Positions 9,244 through 17,985 of a stretch of 56,534 bases of DNA are shown one piece after another. The stretch spans positions 1 to 56,534 of the forward strand of contig JADLBM010000012.1 in the NCBI GenBank assembly GCA_020847715.1. Direction: 5' to 3'. Under the pieces are notes generated by a model. That model was not told the DNA's origin, searched no databases, and saw only the letters and a program-made list of their open reading frames with translations. The stretch comes from Candidatus Yanofskybacteria bacterium. GTDB lineage: Bacteria > Patescibacteriota > Minisyncoccia > 2-02-FULL-40-12 > GWA2-44-9. A program made the translations under genes and the position numbers. Position 1 is the stretch's first letter. The number at the start of each line of letters is the position of its first letter.

Positions 9244-10266
9244 ATGAAGCTCCGTATCCCACCACTCGATGCCGCCGTCATCGCCGCGATCGCAGGCGCA
9301 GTGTGCGTCGGAATCGTTTTCATCGCATGGATCTGGCGAGGCCCGCGCATCTCCGTCACAAACACGCGCCAACCGATGGGCGGGACGCTCGGCACCCTCA
9401 CCGGACAACCCTGCGAAACACCGACCCGAAGACCGCTCGCCATTATGCTTGCATCGGACCCAGAGGCCCGACCGCTCTCAGGCATCGGGGCCGCCGATAT
9501 GGTGTTCGAAATGCCCGTTACTCCGAACGGCATCACGCGAATGATGGCAGTCTACCAATGCGGCGAACCAACAGAGATCGGCTCCATCCGGTCTGCCCGC
9601 TCAGACTTCATCCCGCTCGCACAGGGAGTTGATGCCGTCCTCGCACATTGGGGAGGGGAGCATGACGCACTCGCCGCACTGAACAGCCACATCATCGACA
9701 ACATCGATGCGCTCGCCTATGAAGGAAGTACATTCTACCGCAAGGAACGCATCCCGCGACCCCACAACGGGTTCACAACGCCGACGCTCCTCCGTGAGCG
9801 GGCCGACCTGTTCGGATACCGGGCCTCATCAAGCCTTCTCCCATACCTGAGGACTTCTGACGCCCCGACGCGGACAACAAGCCCGCTCGGAGATACCGCG
9901 TCGGTATCATGGCCACAGAACATGGATGTCCGATTTACCTATGATCCCTCCCGGAACGCCTACGCACGGTGGCGGGGAGGGGAGCCTGAGATTGACGCGC
10001 TGACCAAGCGCCAAGTATACGCCCAGGTAGTCGTCCTCGTGCACACCGACGCATCGTTTGTGCGCGACCAATACATCCGCGTACGGACGCTCGGCAAAGG
10101 CGTTGCCACTCTTTGGCAGGGCGGACGACGCATATCAGCTCTCTGGCATAAGGAACGAGCATCCGATATGCTCACATTCACAGACGCTGCCGGAGCGCCT
10201 ATTCCGCTTGAGCCAGGTGTTCTCTGGGTTCTCATTGATGCGCCGCTCCCAAGCGTCTCGCGCTAA
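9244..10266 (+). CDS. DUF3048 (YerB-like) membrane-anchored protein
   Basis: N-terminal TM. The stretch PLSGIGAADMVFEMPV..GITRMMAVY is typical of DUF3048 as I remember it. Confidence 0.75.
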   Translation: MKLRIPPLDAAVIAAIAGAVCVGIVFIAWIWRGPRISVTNTRQPMGGTLGTLTGQPCETPTRRPLAIMLASDPEARPLSGIGAADMVFEMPVTPNGITRMMAVYQCGEPTEIGSIRSARSDFIPLAQGVDAVLAHWGGEHDALAALNSHIIDNIDALAYEGSTFYRKERIPRPHNGFTTPTLLRERADLFGYRASSSLLPYLRTSDAPTRTTSPLGDTASVSWPQNMDVRFTYDPSRNAYARWRGGEPEIDALTKRQVYAQVVVLVHTDASFVRDQYIRVRTLGKGVATLWQGGRRISALWHKERASDMLTFTDAAGAPIPLEPGVLWVLIDAPLPSVSR

Positions 10267-10270
10267 TTCT

Positions 10271-11209
10271 ATGCTCATCTCTTACGTCGGAACAGAATCG
10301 TTCGTGCTCCATGAAGCCGCGGAAGCGTGCATACGCACACTCCGTGAACAGCATGGAGCCGATGTGCCGGTCACGCGCATCGACTGCACCGACGCGGACG
10401 TGGCAGAACGCCTCGAACAGCCGCTGAAGTACCCGTCATTCTTCCATACGCACCATGTCGTCGTCGCCACGCATGCCGCATGTCCACTCATTACCGCTGC
10501 CGCGAAGAATCATCGCATCGCAAGCGCCACCGACATCACGCTCGTGGCCATCCAAGACTCCGAACACCCTGCGTACGATAAAAAATCAGCCGCCACACTC
10601 CGAGCGGCAGCGAGTGAGCATCGTTCATTCGAAGTCCTCTCCGAAGAGGACCGGATCCATTGGGCAACGCGCTTCTGCGCGGATCGCGGCTGTGAGGTTT
10701 CTCGCCCCGCCATACAGCTCCTCATCGCTCGTATCGGCAGCGACCTTCGAGCTCTCTCGCATGAGCTCGAAAAAGTCTGCGCCTATGTCCAGCGTGGACG
10801 CATTGAGCCAGCCGCCATACAGCTCCTTGCTCCACATCGCACGGAGTATGACGAGTGGGAGCTCTCGAACGCTCTTGCCGCCCGAAACAAGCGAGCAATC
10901 ATAACGACGCTCTGGAAGCGACTCCACGAAGGCGCGGCGGAGCAACTCCTCATCGGATCAATCGCCGCCGGAATGCGAAATCTTGCCATGGTGAAAGAGC
11001 TCGCAGGTCGCGGCACACCCACGGCATCCATTGCGAAACTCGCGGGACTCCACCCATTCGTCGTATCAAAGACGCTCCGCGGAGCACAAGCAACCGACGC
11101 CGACGCACTCCGCCGCGCCCACATCGCCCTCGCGACACTCGACCGCTCGGTAAAAGAGGGGACTGCTCATGCCGCAGACGAGCTCTTTTCTATTCTCCTT
11201 TCATGGTAG
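10271..11209 (+). CDS. holA: DNA polymerase III delta subunit
   Basis: 312 aa. The central LLIARIGSDLRALSHELEKVCAY resembles the HolA clamp-loader motif. Size and context fit. Confidence 0.7.
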   Translation: MLISYVGTESFVLHEAAEACIRTLREQHGADVPVTRIDCTDADVAERLEQPLKYPSFFHTHHVVVATHAACPLITAAAKNHRIASATDITLVAIQDSEHPAYDKKSAATLRAAASEHRSFEVLSEEDRIHWATRFCADRGCEVSRPAIQLLIARIGSDLRALSHELEKVCAYVQRGRIEPAAIQLLAPHRTEYDEWELSNALAARNKRAIITTLWKRLHEGAAEQLLIGSIAAGMRNLAMVKELAGRGTPTASIAKLAGLHPFVVSKTLRGAQATDADALRRAHIALATLDRSVKEGTAHAADELFSILLSW

Positions 11210-11261
11210 CTCGATTCCTTGCCGCACACTGATTTTTGTTGTATGATGAGCTTCTTCGCAT

Positions 11262-12812
11262 ATGACCGCTGAGTACCTCTCCTATGGTCGCGCCTCCGAT
11301 GTCCCGGCCGGACGCGACCGCATCATCTACCGCCTTCTCGAGCTTCAGCCGGGACTCTTTGCGTGGGGAACACTCCTCCTCGTCGTAGCGGCCTCGTATT
11401 GGATGCCGATGTGGGCGTCCATTTTCATCATCGGGTTCGACATCTACTGGCTCATCAAAACGATTTTTCTATCCCTTCACATGAGCCATTCGTTCCGCGC
11501 CATGCGAGCAAACCAGCGCGTCAACTGGCTCGACCGGTGCGAGCAGGCAACCCCCGCAGCACCCGATCTTCTCGGCCTCCGCGCAGGTGATCTCTATCAC
11601 CTCGTCATCCTTCCAATGGCCACAGAGCCCTACGATGTGGTGCGGGAAAGTTTCGACGGCCTCTTGAAAACATCATGGCCGCTGAAGCGCATGATCGTCG
11701 TATTGGCAACCGAGGGACGAATAGGGGAGTCCGCGCGGGCCATCGCCGCCCGCATTCAGAATGAGTACGGCGACCGCTTCCTCCGCTTCATCGTAACAGA
11801 GCACCCCGACGGCATCCCGGGAGAGATCCGCGGGAAGGGCTCAAATGAAACATGGGCAGGAAAGCAGGCGCTCACCGCCATCGACGAGCTTGGCATCGAA
11901 TACCGTCGCGTCATCGTCTCGGTGTTCGACATCGATACGGTCGCCCCCGCCGACTTCTTTGCCTGCCTTGCATGGCACTACCTGACCGCCCAGCACCCAC
12001 TCCGTTCGTCCTACCAGCCCATCCCCATATTCAGTAACAACATCTGGCATGCTCCGGCATTCGCCCGCGTCTTTGCCTTCTCGACGACATTCTGGCAAAT
12101 GATCCAGCAGGCACGCCCCGAACAGCTTGTCACATTCTCAAGTCAGTCTATCGGGCTCCAGGCGCTCGTTGATGTCGGATTTTGGCAAATCAATGTCGTC
12201 TCCGAGGACTCCCAGATATTCTGGAAGTGCCTCCTCCGCTACGACGGCGACTGGCGCACGGTTCCGATGCGGTTTCCGGTCTACATGGACGCAAATGTGG
12301 CTCCTACCGTATGGGGAACGCTCGTGAACCAGTATAAGCAAATCCGACGCTGGCATTACGGCGTTGAGAACAATCCGTACTTCGTCTTCGGCTTCCTGAA
12401 GAACCCGCGCATCCCGTGGCGCACGAAATGGCATCACGCCTTCAACATGATTGAAAAGACCCATTCGAGCGCCACGAATGCCCTCATCATCTTCTTGCTC
12501 GGCTGGCTTCCGGTGAACATCGGGGGAGGGGCGTTTACCCAAACGGTGCTCTCGTACAACCTGCCATTCATCACGAAGACCATCATGCTGTTGGCGATGG
12601 TAGGGCTCATCTCGTCGGCTGCCATCTCACTCGTCCTCCTCCCGCCACGCCCGCCCAGCTTCGGCCCGTTCCGCTACGCATGGATGGTCCTGCAGTGGCT
12701 CTTGTTCCCCGTAAACTTTATCCTCTTCGGCGCGATACCCGCACTCGACGCCCAAACCCGCCTCATGCTGGGGCGTTACATGGGCTTCTGGGTCACCCCA
12801 AAGTCGCGCTAG
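11262..12812 (+). CDS. Polytopic membrane family-2 glycosyltransferase (processive synthase-like)
   Basis: N- and C-terminal TM bundles. Catalytic-type motifs VSVFDIDT, VSEDSQ and QIRRWHYG (a Q(R/Q)xRW-type motif). Confidence 0.8.
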   Translation: MTAEYLSYGRASDVPAGRDRIIYRLLELQPGLFAWGTLLLVVAASYWMPMWASIFIIGFDIYWLIKTIFLSLHMSHSFRAMRANQRVNWLDRCEQATPAAPDLLGLRAGDLYHLVILPMATEPYDVVRESFDGLLKTSWPLKRMIVVLATEGRIGESARAIAARIQNEYGDRFLRFIVTEHPDGIPGEIRGKGSNETWAGKQALTAIDELGIEYRRVIVSVFDIDTVAPADFFACLAWHYLTAQHPLRSSYQPIPIFSNNIWHAPAFARVFAFSTTFWQMIQQARPEQLVTFSSQSIGLQALVDVGFWQINVVSEDSQIFWKCLLRYDGDWRTVPMRFPVYMDANVAPTVWGTLVNQYKQIRRWHYGVENNPYFVFGFLKNPRIPWRTKWHHAFNMIEKTHSSATNALIIFLLGWLPVNIGGGAFTQTVLSYNLPFITKTIMLLAMVGLISSAAISLVLLPPRPPSFGPFRYAWMVLQWLLFPVNFILFGAIPALDAQTRLMLGRYMGFWVTPKSR

Positions 12813-12885
12813 CTTTAGCTTAATAGAAAGGCCCCACATCGCGAATACGACATGGGGCTGTGGGGCAAGGCAAGAAGTGAAAAGG

Positions 12886-13620
12886 CTATCCGACTACCAC
12901 CTGCCGCGAACGCAGATCGACGTGCGCACTGCCACGGCTGCACCAGTTCACGTATAGCCTGCCGTCGCCGAAGTCCACGCTCGGCACGCCGCCATCGCGA
13001 GACAACGAACCCGAGCAGAGGGTGATGTTGCTGACGTCGAGGTGCTGGCCGGTCTCCAGGAAGTAGACGAGCTCCAGGAGTAGGCGCTCCAGCAGGGTGA
13101 TGCCGAGCACTCCGACTTCCTTCAGGTCGTTGTAGGATTTGTTGGCGTGCTCTGGGTCCGCCTCTTGGACATCGCGCACCCAGACGGCGTAGGGTCCGGC
13201 CACAGCGGAGCGGTCCGAGGTGGTGATAGTGTCGAGGTTGTCGTTGGTCCAGCGCCAGACCCTGAGACGCTTGGCGCAGACGGCCAGCACCGACTCGATG
13301 GTGAGGCCGGGAACGACCACGATGAGACGGGTGGATCCGGGCTTCGGGTCAGGGACCCGCAGGCCTGAGAGGTCCACAGTCATACCGAAGTGGTCGGCGT
13401 AGAGCTTCTCCCACGTCGCGAGGACGTCGCGGTACGGGTCCACCGCCGTGAAGACGGCGCGAACCTTTGCCGCCAACTCTCTGCCATGCCCGATCCAGTA
13501 CTGGGCCTGCGCCCAGGTGAGACGGGTCGGCAACGCCTGCACAACGATGGCCCAAACCTGCTTGAGTTGGTCTGGGGTCGCCATGCGGACAGTCTGATTG
13601 GTCTTCTGTTTGGAAGCCAT
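12886..13620 (-). CDS. Hypothetical protein (244 aa from ATG 13620; a TTG at 13677 is also possible)
   Basis: AAGGAA SD upstream of the ATG, with its own promoter. No motif recognised. Confidence 0.55.
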   Translation of the reverse strand: MASKQKTNQTVRMATPDQLKQVWAIVVQALPTRLTWAQAQYWIGHGRELAAKVRAVFTAVDPYRDVLATWEKLYADHFGMTVDLSGLRVPDPKPGSTRLIVVVPGLTIESVLAVCAKRLRVWRWTNDNLDTITTSDRSAVAGPYAVWVRDVQEADPEHANKSYNDLKEVGVLGITLLERLLLELVYFLETGQHLDVSNITLCSGSLSRDGGVPSVDFGDGRLYVNWCSRGSAHVDLRSRQVVVG

Positions 13621-13700
13621 CAGCAGTTCCTTTCTTGGCCTTGTTTTCAAGGAGCCGTCGGGCTCCGTCGCCCACAATGGGCACGCCAGCTACTGTTTCT

Positions 13701-13728
13701 ATTATAACACCTCTATAAACAAAGTCAA
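13701..13728 (-). promoter_or_regulatory. Near-consensus sigma70 promoter with extended -10
   Basis: On the minus strand: TTGACT (13723-13728), 16-nt spacer ending TGt, TATAAT (13701-13706). Confidence 0.6.
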
Positions 13729-13735
13729 TGCCTCC

Positions 13736-15889
13736 TCATTCAGAGTGGACGAGGTTCTGGAGCGCTGCGAGCTGAGCCGCGAGGAGGGGATTGCGCTTCA
13801 GCTGGGGATCAGTCCTGAGAATGGCTCGCGCCGCCGTGCGGGCTTTTTTGATGAGCACTGCGTTCCCAAGCGCTTCCATAGTCACATCCGGCATGCCGGA
13901 CTGCTTGATACCAAAGAATTCTCCCGGCCCACGGAGTTTCATGTCTGCCTCCGCGAGCGCAAAGCCATCGTCCGTTTTCTCGAGCGCAGCCAACCGCGCC
14001 CGCGCCGCTCCGTCGTCAGTCGGCAGGAGAAAGCAGTACGACGCATGCGCACCGCGCCCGACGCGTCCGCGGAACTGATGAAGCTGGGCGAGCCCGAATC
14101 GGTCAGCTCCTTCGATGAGCATGATGGTCGCATTCGGCACGTCAACACCAACCTCGATAACCGAAGTCGAAACGAGAATATCATGCCAACCCTCCTTGAA
14201 CTCGTGCATGATGGCTTGCTTCTCCTTTGCCTTCATGCGGCCATGCAACATCACGACGCGGAGGTCCGGAAATACCTCCTTCGATAGCTTCTGGTATTCG
14301 TCTTGCACCGCTTTCACCTGCGCCCAGAGCGCGCTGAGCTTCCCTTGTCTTGGAGGCCTCGGCGAGCTCGCTATGCGCTCAGCATCCGGCTGTACCGCCT
14401 CAATCACCGGACACACCACGAACACCTGCCGACCTGCCCGCACCTCATCACGGATGAAGGCATATACGCGTGGACGCTCCGCGGAAGAAACAACCTTCGT
14501 GCGCACCGGCTGCCGCCCACTCGGCTTTTCCTTGATGAGAGAGCTGTCCAGATCACCGAGCACGGTAAGCGCAAGTGTGCGGGGGATAGGGGTCGCCGTC
14601 ATCGAGAGGAGGTGAGGCACCACCCCCGACGCGTGCCGATCGGACTTCATGAGTGCAGCTCGCTGGTGAATACCAAATCGATGCTGTTCATCAATAACGA
14701 CGAGCGCCAACCGCGAAAAACGAACATCGTCGCGGATGACCGCGTGTGTCCCCACGACGATCTGCACGCCCCCCGAACTAACGGCTCGCTTGACCGCCGG
14801 CTTGGTCGCCTCCCGCCCATCCACAAGCGTCGTTGCGCCGGTCAGAAGGGCTGTGCGCACACCCATCGTGGGCCCTACCAAGGTCCGCAGCGTACGCTCA
14901 TGTTGCGCTGCCAGAACTTCAGTTGGCGCCAAAATAACCGTTTGGTGACCCTGTCGCGCGGCATGAAGCGCCGCCAGCACGGCAACGACCGTTTTGCCGC
15001 TTCCTACATCTCCCTCAAGGAGCCGGTTCATCGGGTACGGACGCTCCATATCCTTAAGTATTTCGAGCGCAGCAACACGCTGATCTCGCGTAAGCGGGAA
15101 CGGGAGCCCCTGCACCAGCGTTCGCATATACTCCGTATCCATAGGAACGCGGACGGACTTCAAGAGGTTCATCTGCCGCCGATCGCGCAGTGCTTTTAGT
15201 TGCAGAAGGAGGAGGTCGTCGAATGCGAGACGCTCCCGCGCTCGCACCGCATCCTCCGGACGATGCGGGTAGTGAACCGCTACCAGTGCGTCACTGAGTG
15301 ATTGAAGCCCGTACTGCCGACGCACCGACTCGGGAAGGGGATCAGGGAGATCGAGCTGCTCGATAATAGGCTGGATGAGGAATCGGAGGTACTTTGAGGT
15401 AACTCCCGCGGTCTCAGCGTAGATGGGAATAAGCCGCCCCGTGTGCCGGAGCCCTTCTGCTGCGGTATGTTCCGCATCGGTAACTCGTTCGTAGAGTGGG
15501 TTTGAGATTGAGAGCCCCCGCTTATCCAGCACCACTTTACCGGAGAGCGACAGGAGTGTCCCTTCGGGAATCGACTCTCCGACATACGGCTGATTGAACC
15601 AGACCGCACGGACCGCGCCGCTCTGGTCGCGAAGCGTCGCCGTTGTAATTGTCATCCGCTTCGGCCATATGAACCGACTGGAAATGGCGATGACCTCGCC
15701 TCGAATACTCTGCTTCTCGCCGGGCACGAGCTCAGCAATAGGAACCGCCGCACTGTAGTCCTCATATCGCGTCGGAAGATGCCACAGAAGCTGGCGCACC
15801 GTCGTAATTCCGAGCTTCGCCAAACGCGCGGCGCTGCGCGCCCCGACTGAGCGCACATTCATAACCGACATCGTCAGATCCAGCGGCAT
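13736..15889 (-). CDS. recG: ATP-dependent DNA helicase RecG
   Basis: Wedge domain at the N-terminus. Helicase motifs GDVGSGKT and DEQHRFG, and the C-terminal TRG-like region RGRVGRG. 717 aa. Confidence 0.95.
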   Translation of the reverse strand: MPLDLTMSVMNVRSVGARSAARLAKLGITTVRQLLWHLPTRYEDYSAAVPIAELVPGEKQSIRGEVIAISSRFIWPKRMTITTATLRDQSGAVRAVWFNQPYVGESIPEGTLLSLSGKVVLDKRGLSISNPLYERVTDAEHTAAEGLRHTGRLIPIYAETAGVTSKYLRFLIQPIIEQLDLPDPLPESVRRQYGLQSLSDALVAVHYPHRPEDAVRARERLAFDDLLLLQLKALRDRRQMNLLKSVRVPMDTEYMRTLVQGLPFPLTRDQRVAALEILKDMERPYPMNRLLEGDVGSGKTVVAVLAALHAARQGHQTVILAPTEVLAAQHERTLRTLVGPTMGVRTALLTGATTLVDGREATKPAVKRAVSSGGVQIVVGTHAVIRDDVRFSRLALVVIDEQHRFGIHQRAALMKSDRHASGVVPHLLSMTATPIPRTLALTVLGDLDSSLIKEKPSGRQPVRTKVVSSAERPRVYAFIRDEVRAGRQVFVVCPVIEAVQPDAERIASSPRPPRQGKLSALWAQVKAVQDEYQKLSKEVFPDLRVVMLHGRMKAKEKQAIMHEFKEGWHDILVSTSVIEVGVDVPNATIMLIEGADRFGLAQLHQFRGRVGRGAHASYCFLLPTDDGAARARLAALEKTDDGFALAEADMKLRGPGEFFGIKQSGMPDVTMEALGNAVLIKKARTAARAILRTDPQLKRNPLLAAQLAALQNLVHSE

Positions 15890-15923
15890 AGCTTCATATC
15901 AATACCATGGAATAGCGTCGAAC

Positions 15924-15949
15924 GAAAGCGGGCCGCGAGGCCCGCTTTC
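15924..15949 (-). terminator. Hairpin terminator at the end of the surface-protein operon
   Basis: GAAAGCGGGCC / GGCCCGCTTTC stem with a GCGA loop, 15 nt after the stop at 15964. Confidence 0.5.
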
Positions 15950-15963
15950 AGTGGCATTTCTGC

Positions 15964-17982
15964 CTAACTCCGGAAGTCCATTGGATCGCGCCCGCTCGTG
16001 ATTGTTTCCACCTCGCGGCGCTTGAAGGAAGCCGAGCGCGTATACGACACATACAGGAGCGTCATAATCGCTGACACCAGAAGAGCCGCCAGAACGGCAT
16101 CGCCAGGCCCCGTCTGCACGGTGCCAACCTGGCCCACTGCTCGATTCACAAGAACCGTAACCTGCCCGGTCCGAGCGCCGACACCGTCTGCGGTCGCCTG
16201 CACGCTAATAATCGCCTGAGACTGTCCGGTGGGGAATGACGCGCTCTGTACCGACGCCCGGAATCGCACGACCGCCTCTTGGCCGGGGCCGAGGGCGCCA
16301 ACTGCGAGGCCTCCGGTTGTGACAGAATCAACGGACGAAGGAGTCCCGTTCACCGACGTTGAACCAGCAACATAGGCAAGACCGGATGGAAGCGCCGCCC
16401 GCACGACCGCATTCCTCACAATGTCGGCATTCGCGGGAGCACTCGACACTCGCGCAATCACTTCCACCTGTTGATTTCCGGTCACCGATACCGTAGCCGC
16501 CTCGGCGCTCCCCGTGGACGCGTTCCTACCAGAGACGGTAAACCCGATGTCTCCTCCGACAGGGGAGGTGGTAGCAACTTGAATGGCAACATTCGTGCTC
16601 ATCTGGCCGAACCAACCCACCAACCCTTGGTTCATTTGCCACTGGAAATTATATGTCCCGGGCTGGGTCGGAGCGGTAATCGAGAACACAAAGGTTGCAT
16701 CTTGTCCGGGTTGAATGGGAGCGCTCGGGATTGGCACAAATCCAATGCCCCACGTGGTGTTGTCTGCTGGATTTTGACTCTTGATGCGATAGGCGTTGCC
16801 GTAGTCTCCGGGACTCCCAATCTTGTCCCACGCCTTCGTTCCGGTGTTACGGAAGGTGAGCGTCACCTGTGCGGTCGCGCCCGGAGCCATCGTCGCCGGA
16901 ACATTCTGGGAAATAAACTGCGCGTTGTTTCCAGTCCCAGCAGGCGTAGCCGTTGCGGTAACAGTAGCGGTCGGGGTCGCCGTTGCCGTTGCAGTAGCTG
17001 TCGGGGTTGCTGTGGCGCCCCCACAGTTCACGCCATTCGTCGTTACAATATATGAATTTGTCGTTCGGGTATCCGGACGGTACTTCGCCCAGTACTCATA
17101 GGTTTTGTTTGCCTGCACCAGAGAGTCTACATACTCCCAGTATGCCCCCCTGTCTACCGGTACCAGCTCCTGCATCTGCGTAGTCACCCCATCAACGCGC
17201 TTGTTCATACCATTACTGTCGGGAGTCTGACTTCCAGGGGGAGGAAGCTTTGACCAGCGAAGCGTGATGCGTGGCGTTGCGCCGCCAGTGCAGAATCCCG
17301 CGATGGTCCCTGCCGCAGGCGCATTCACATCCGGCGTGCCAGTTGGCGACACCACCGGAGTCGGCGTGCCAGTTGTTGCACCAATAATCTTCGAGCAGGT
17401 CAACGATGTGTAGCCGCGAGACCCATCGATACACCGAGCGATATGCCCCCAGAATGTAGCTCCGCTCGCCGGAGGGGATGCACGGTGCTCTTGGAACCAA
17501 GAATCAGCAAATCCATCCGTGCGATTACACCAATCCGCTTCGGTCGTAGGAACCGTCGCCCAGCTCCACTTTGTGTAATCGTCAACATGTGCCGGATTCT
17601 CAGAGAAAAGCAGGTTGTGCTCCGTGTCGTATTTCGCACCTCCCGTCCGAACTGCATACGCAAGGCTGCCGAGGCGATTACACTTCGGCGGCTGATTCGG
17701 ACAAAAGACCGTGCCAAAACACCCCTGCTTCTGGGAGTCGAACTCGTACACGCCGCCTCCAGGAGCGGGGGACCATATCTGAACATATCCAGTCGGGATT
17801 GGCTCAGCAGCAAAAAAGCGACCAATCTCGAATGTAAAGCCGAGACGGGCCCAAACGATAAGCAAAATACTAAAGACCGTGATACCACCGAGCATAACTA
17901 CGCGGTTCGCTCGATAAAACACACCCACCGCACTCGCGTTCGCTGCAACACGGTCTCGAATCCGCTGGAATAATTCGTTCAT
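15964..17982 (-). CDS. Surface protein E: N-terminal anchor motif, FN3-like and NBR1-like Ig domains, DUF11 repeat, VQTGPGD sorting signal
   Basis: N-terminus ...LGFTFEIGRFFAAE. TA/TP linker. The F..Q.VP..M..G...W...PG.Y.FQWQM segment resembles an NBR1-type Ig domain. C-terminus VQTGPGD + TM + YTRS..KRRE...DFRS. Confidence 0.8.
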   Translation of the reverse strand: MNELFQRIRDRVAANASAVGVFYRANRVVMLGGITVFSILLIVWARLGFTFEIGRFFAAEPIPTGYVQIWSPAPGGGVYEFDSQKQGCFGTVFCPNQPPKCNRLGSLAYAVRTGGAKYDTEHNLLFSENPAHVDDYTKWSWATVPTTEADWCNRTDGFADSWFQEHRASPPASGATFWGHIARCIDGSRGYTSLTCSKIIGATTGTPTPVVSPTGTPDVNAPAAGTIAGFCTGGATPRITLRWSKLPPPGSQTPDSNGMNKRVDGVTTQMQELVPVDRGAYWEYVDSLVQANKTYEYWAKYRPDTRTTNSYIVTTNGVNCGGATATPTATATATATPTATVTATATPAGTGNNAQFISQNVPATMAPGATAQVTLTFRNTGTKAWDKIGSPGDYGNAYRIKSQNPADNTTWGIGFVPIPSAPIQPGQDATFVFSITAPTQPGTYNFQWQMNQGLVGWFGQMSTNVAIQVATTSPVGGDIGFTVSGRNASTGSAEAATVSVTGNQQVEVIARVSSAPANADIVRNAVVRAALPSGLAYVAGSTSVNGTPSSVDSVTTGGLAVGALGPGQEAVVRFRASVQSASFPTGQSQAIISVQATADGVGARTGQVTVLVNRAVGQVGTVQTGPGDAVLAALLVSAIMTLLYVSYTRSASFKRREVETITSGRDPMDFRS

Positions 17983-17985
17983 GGG

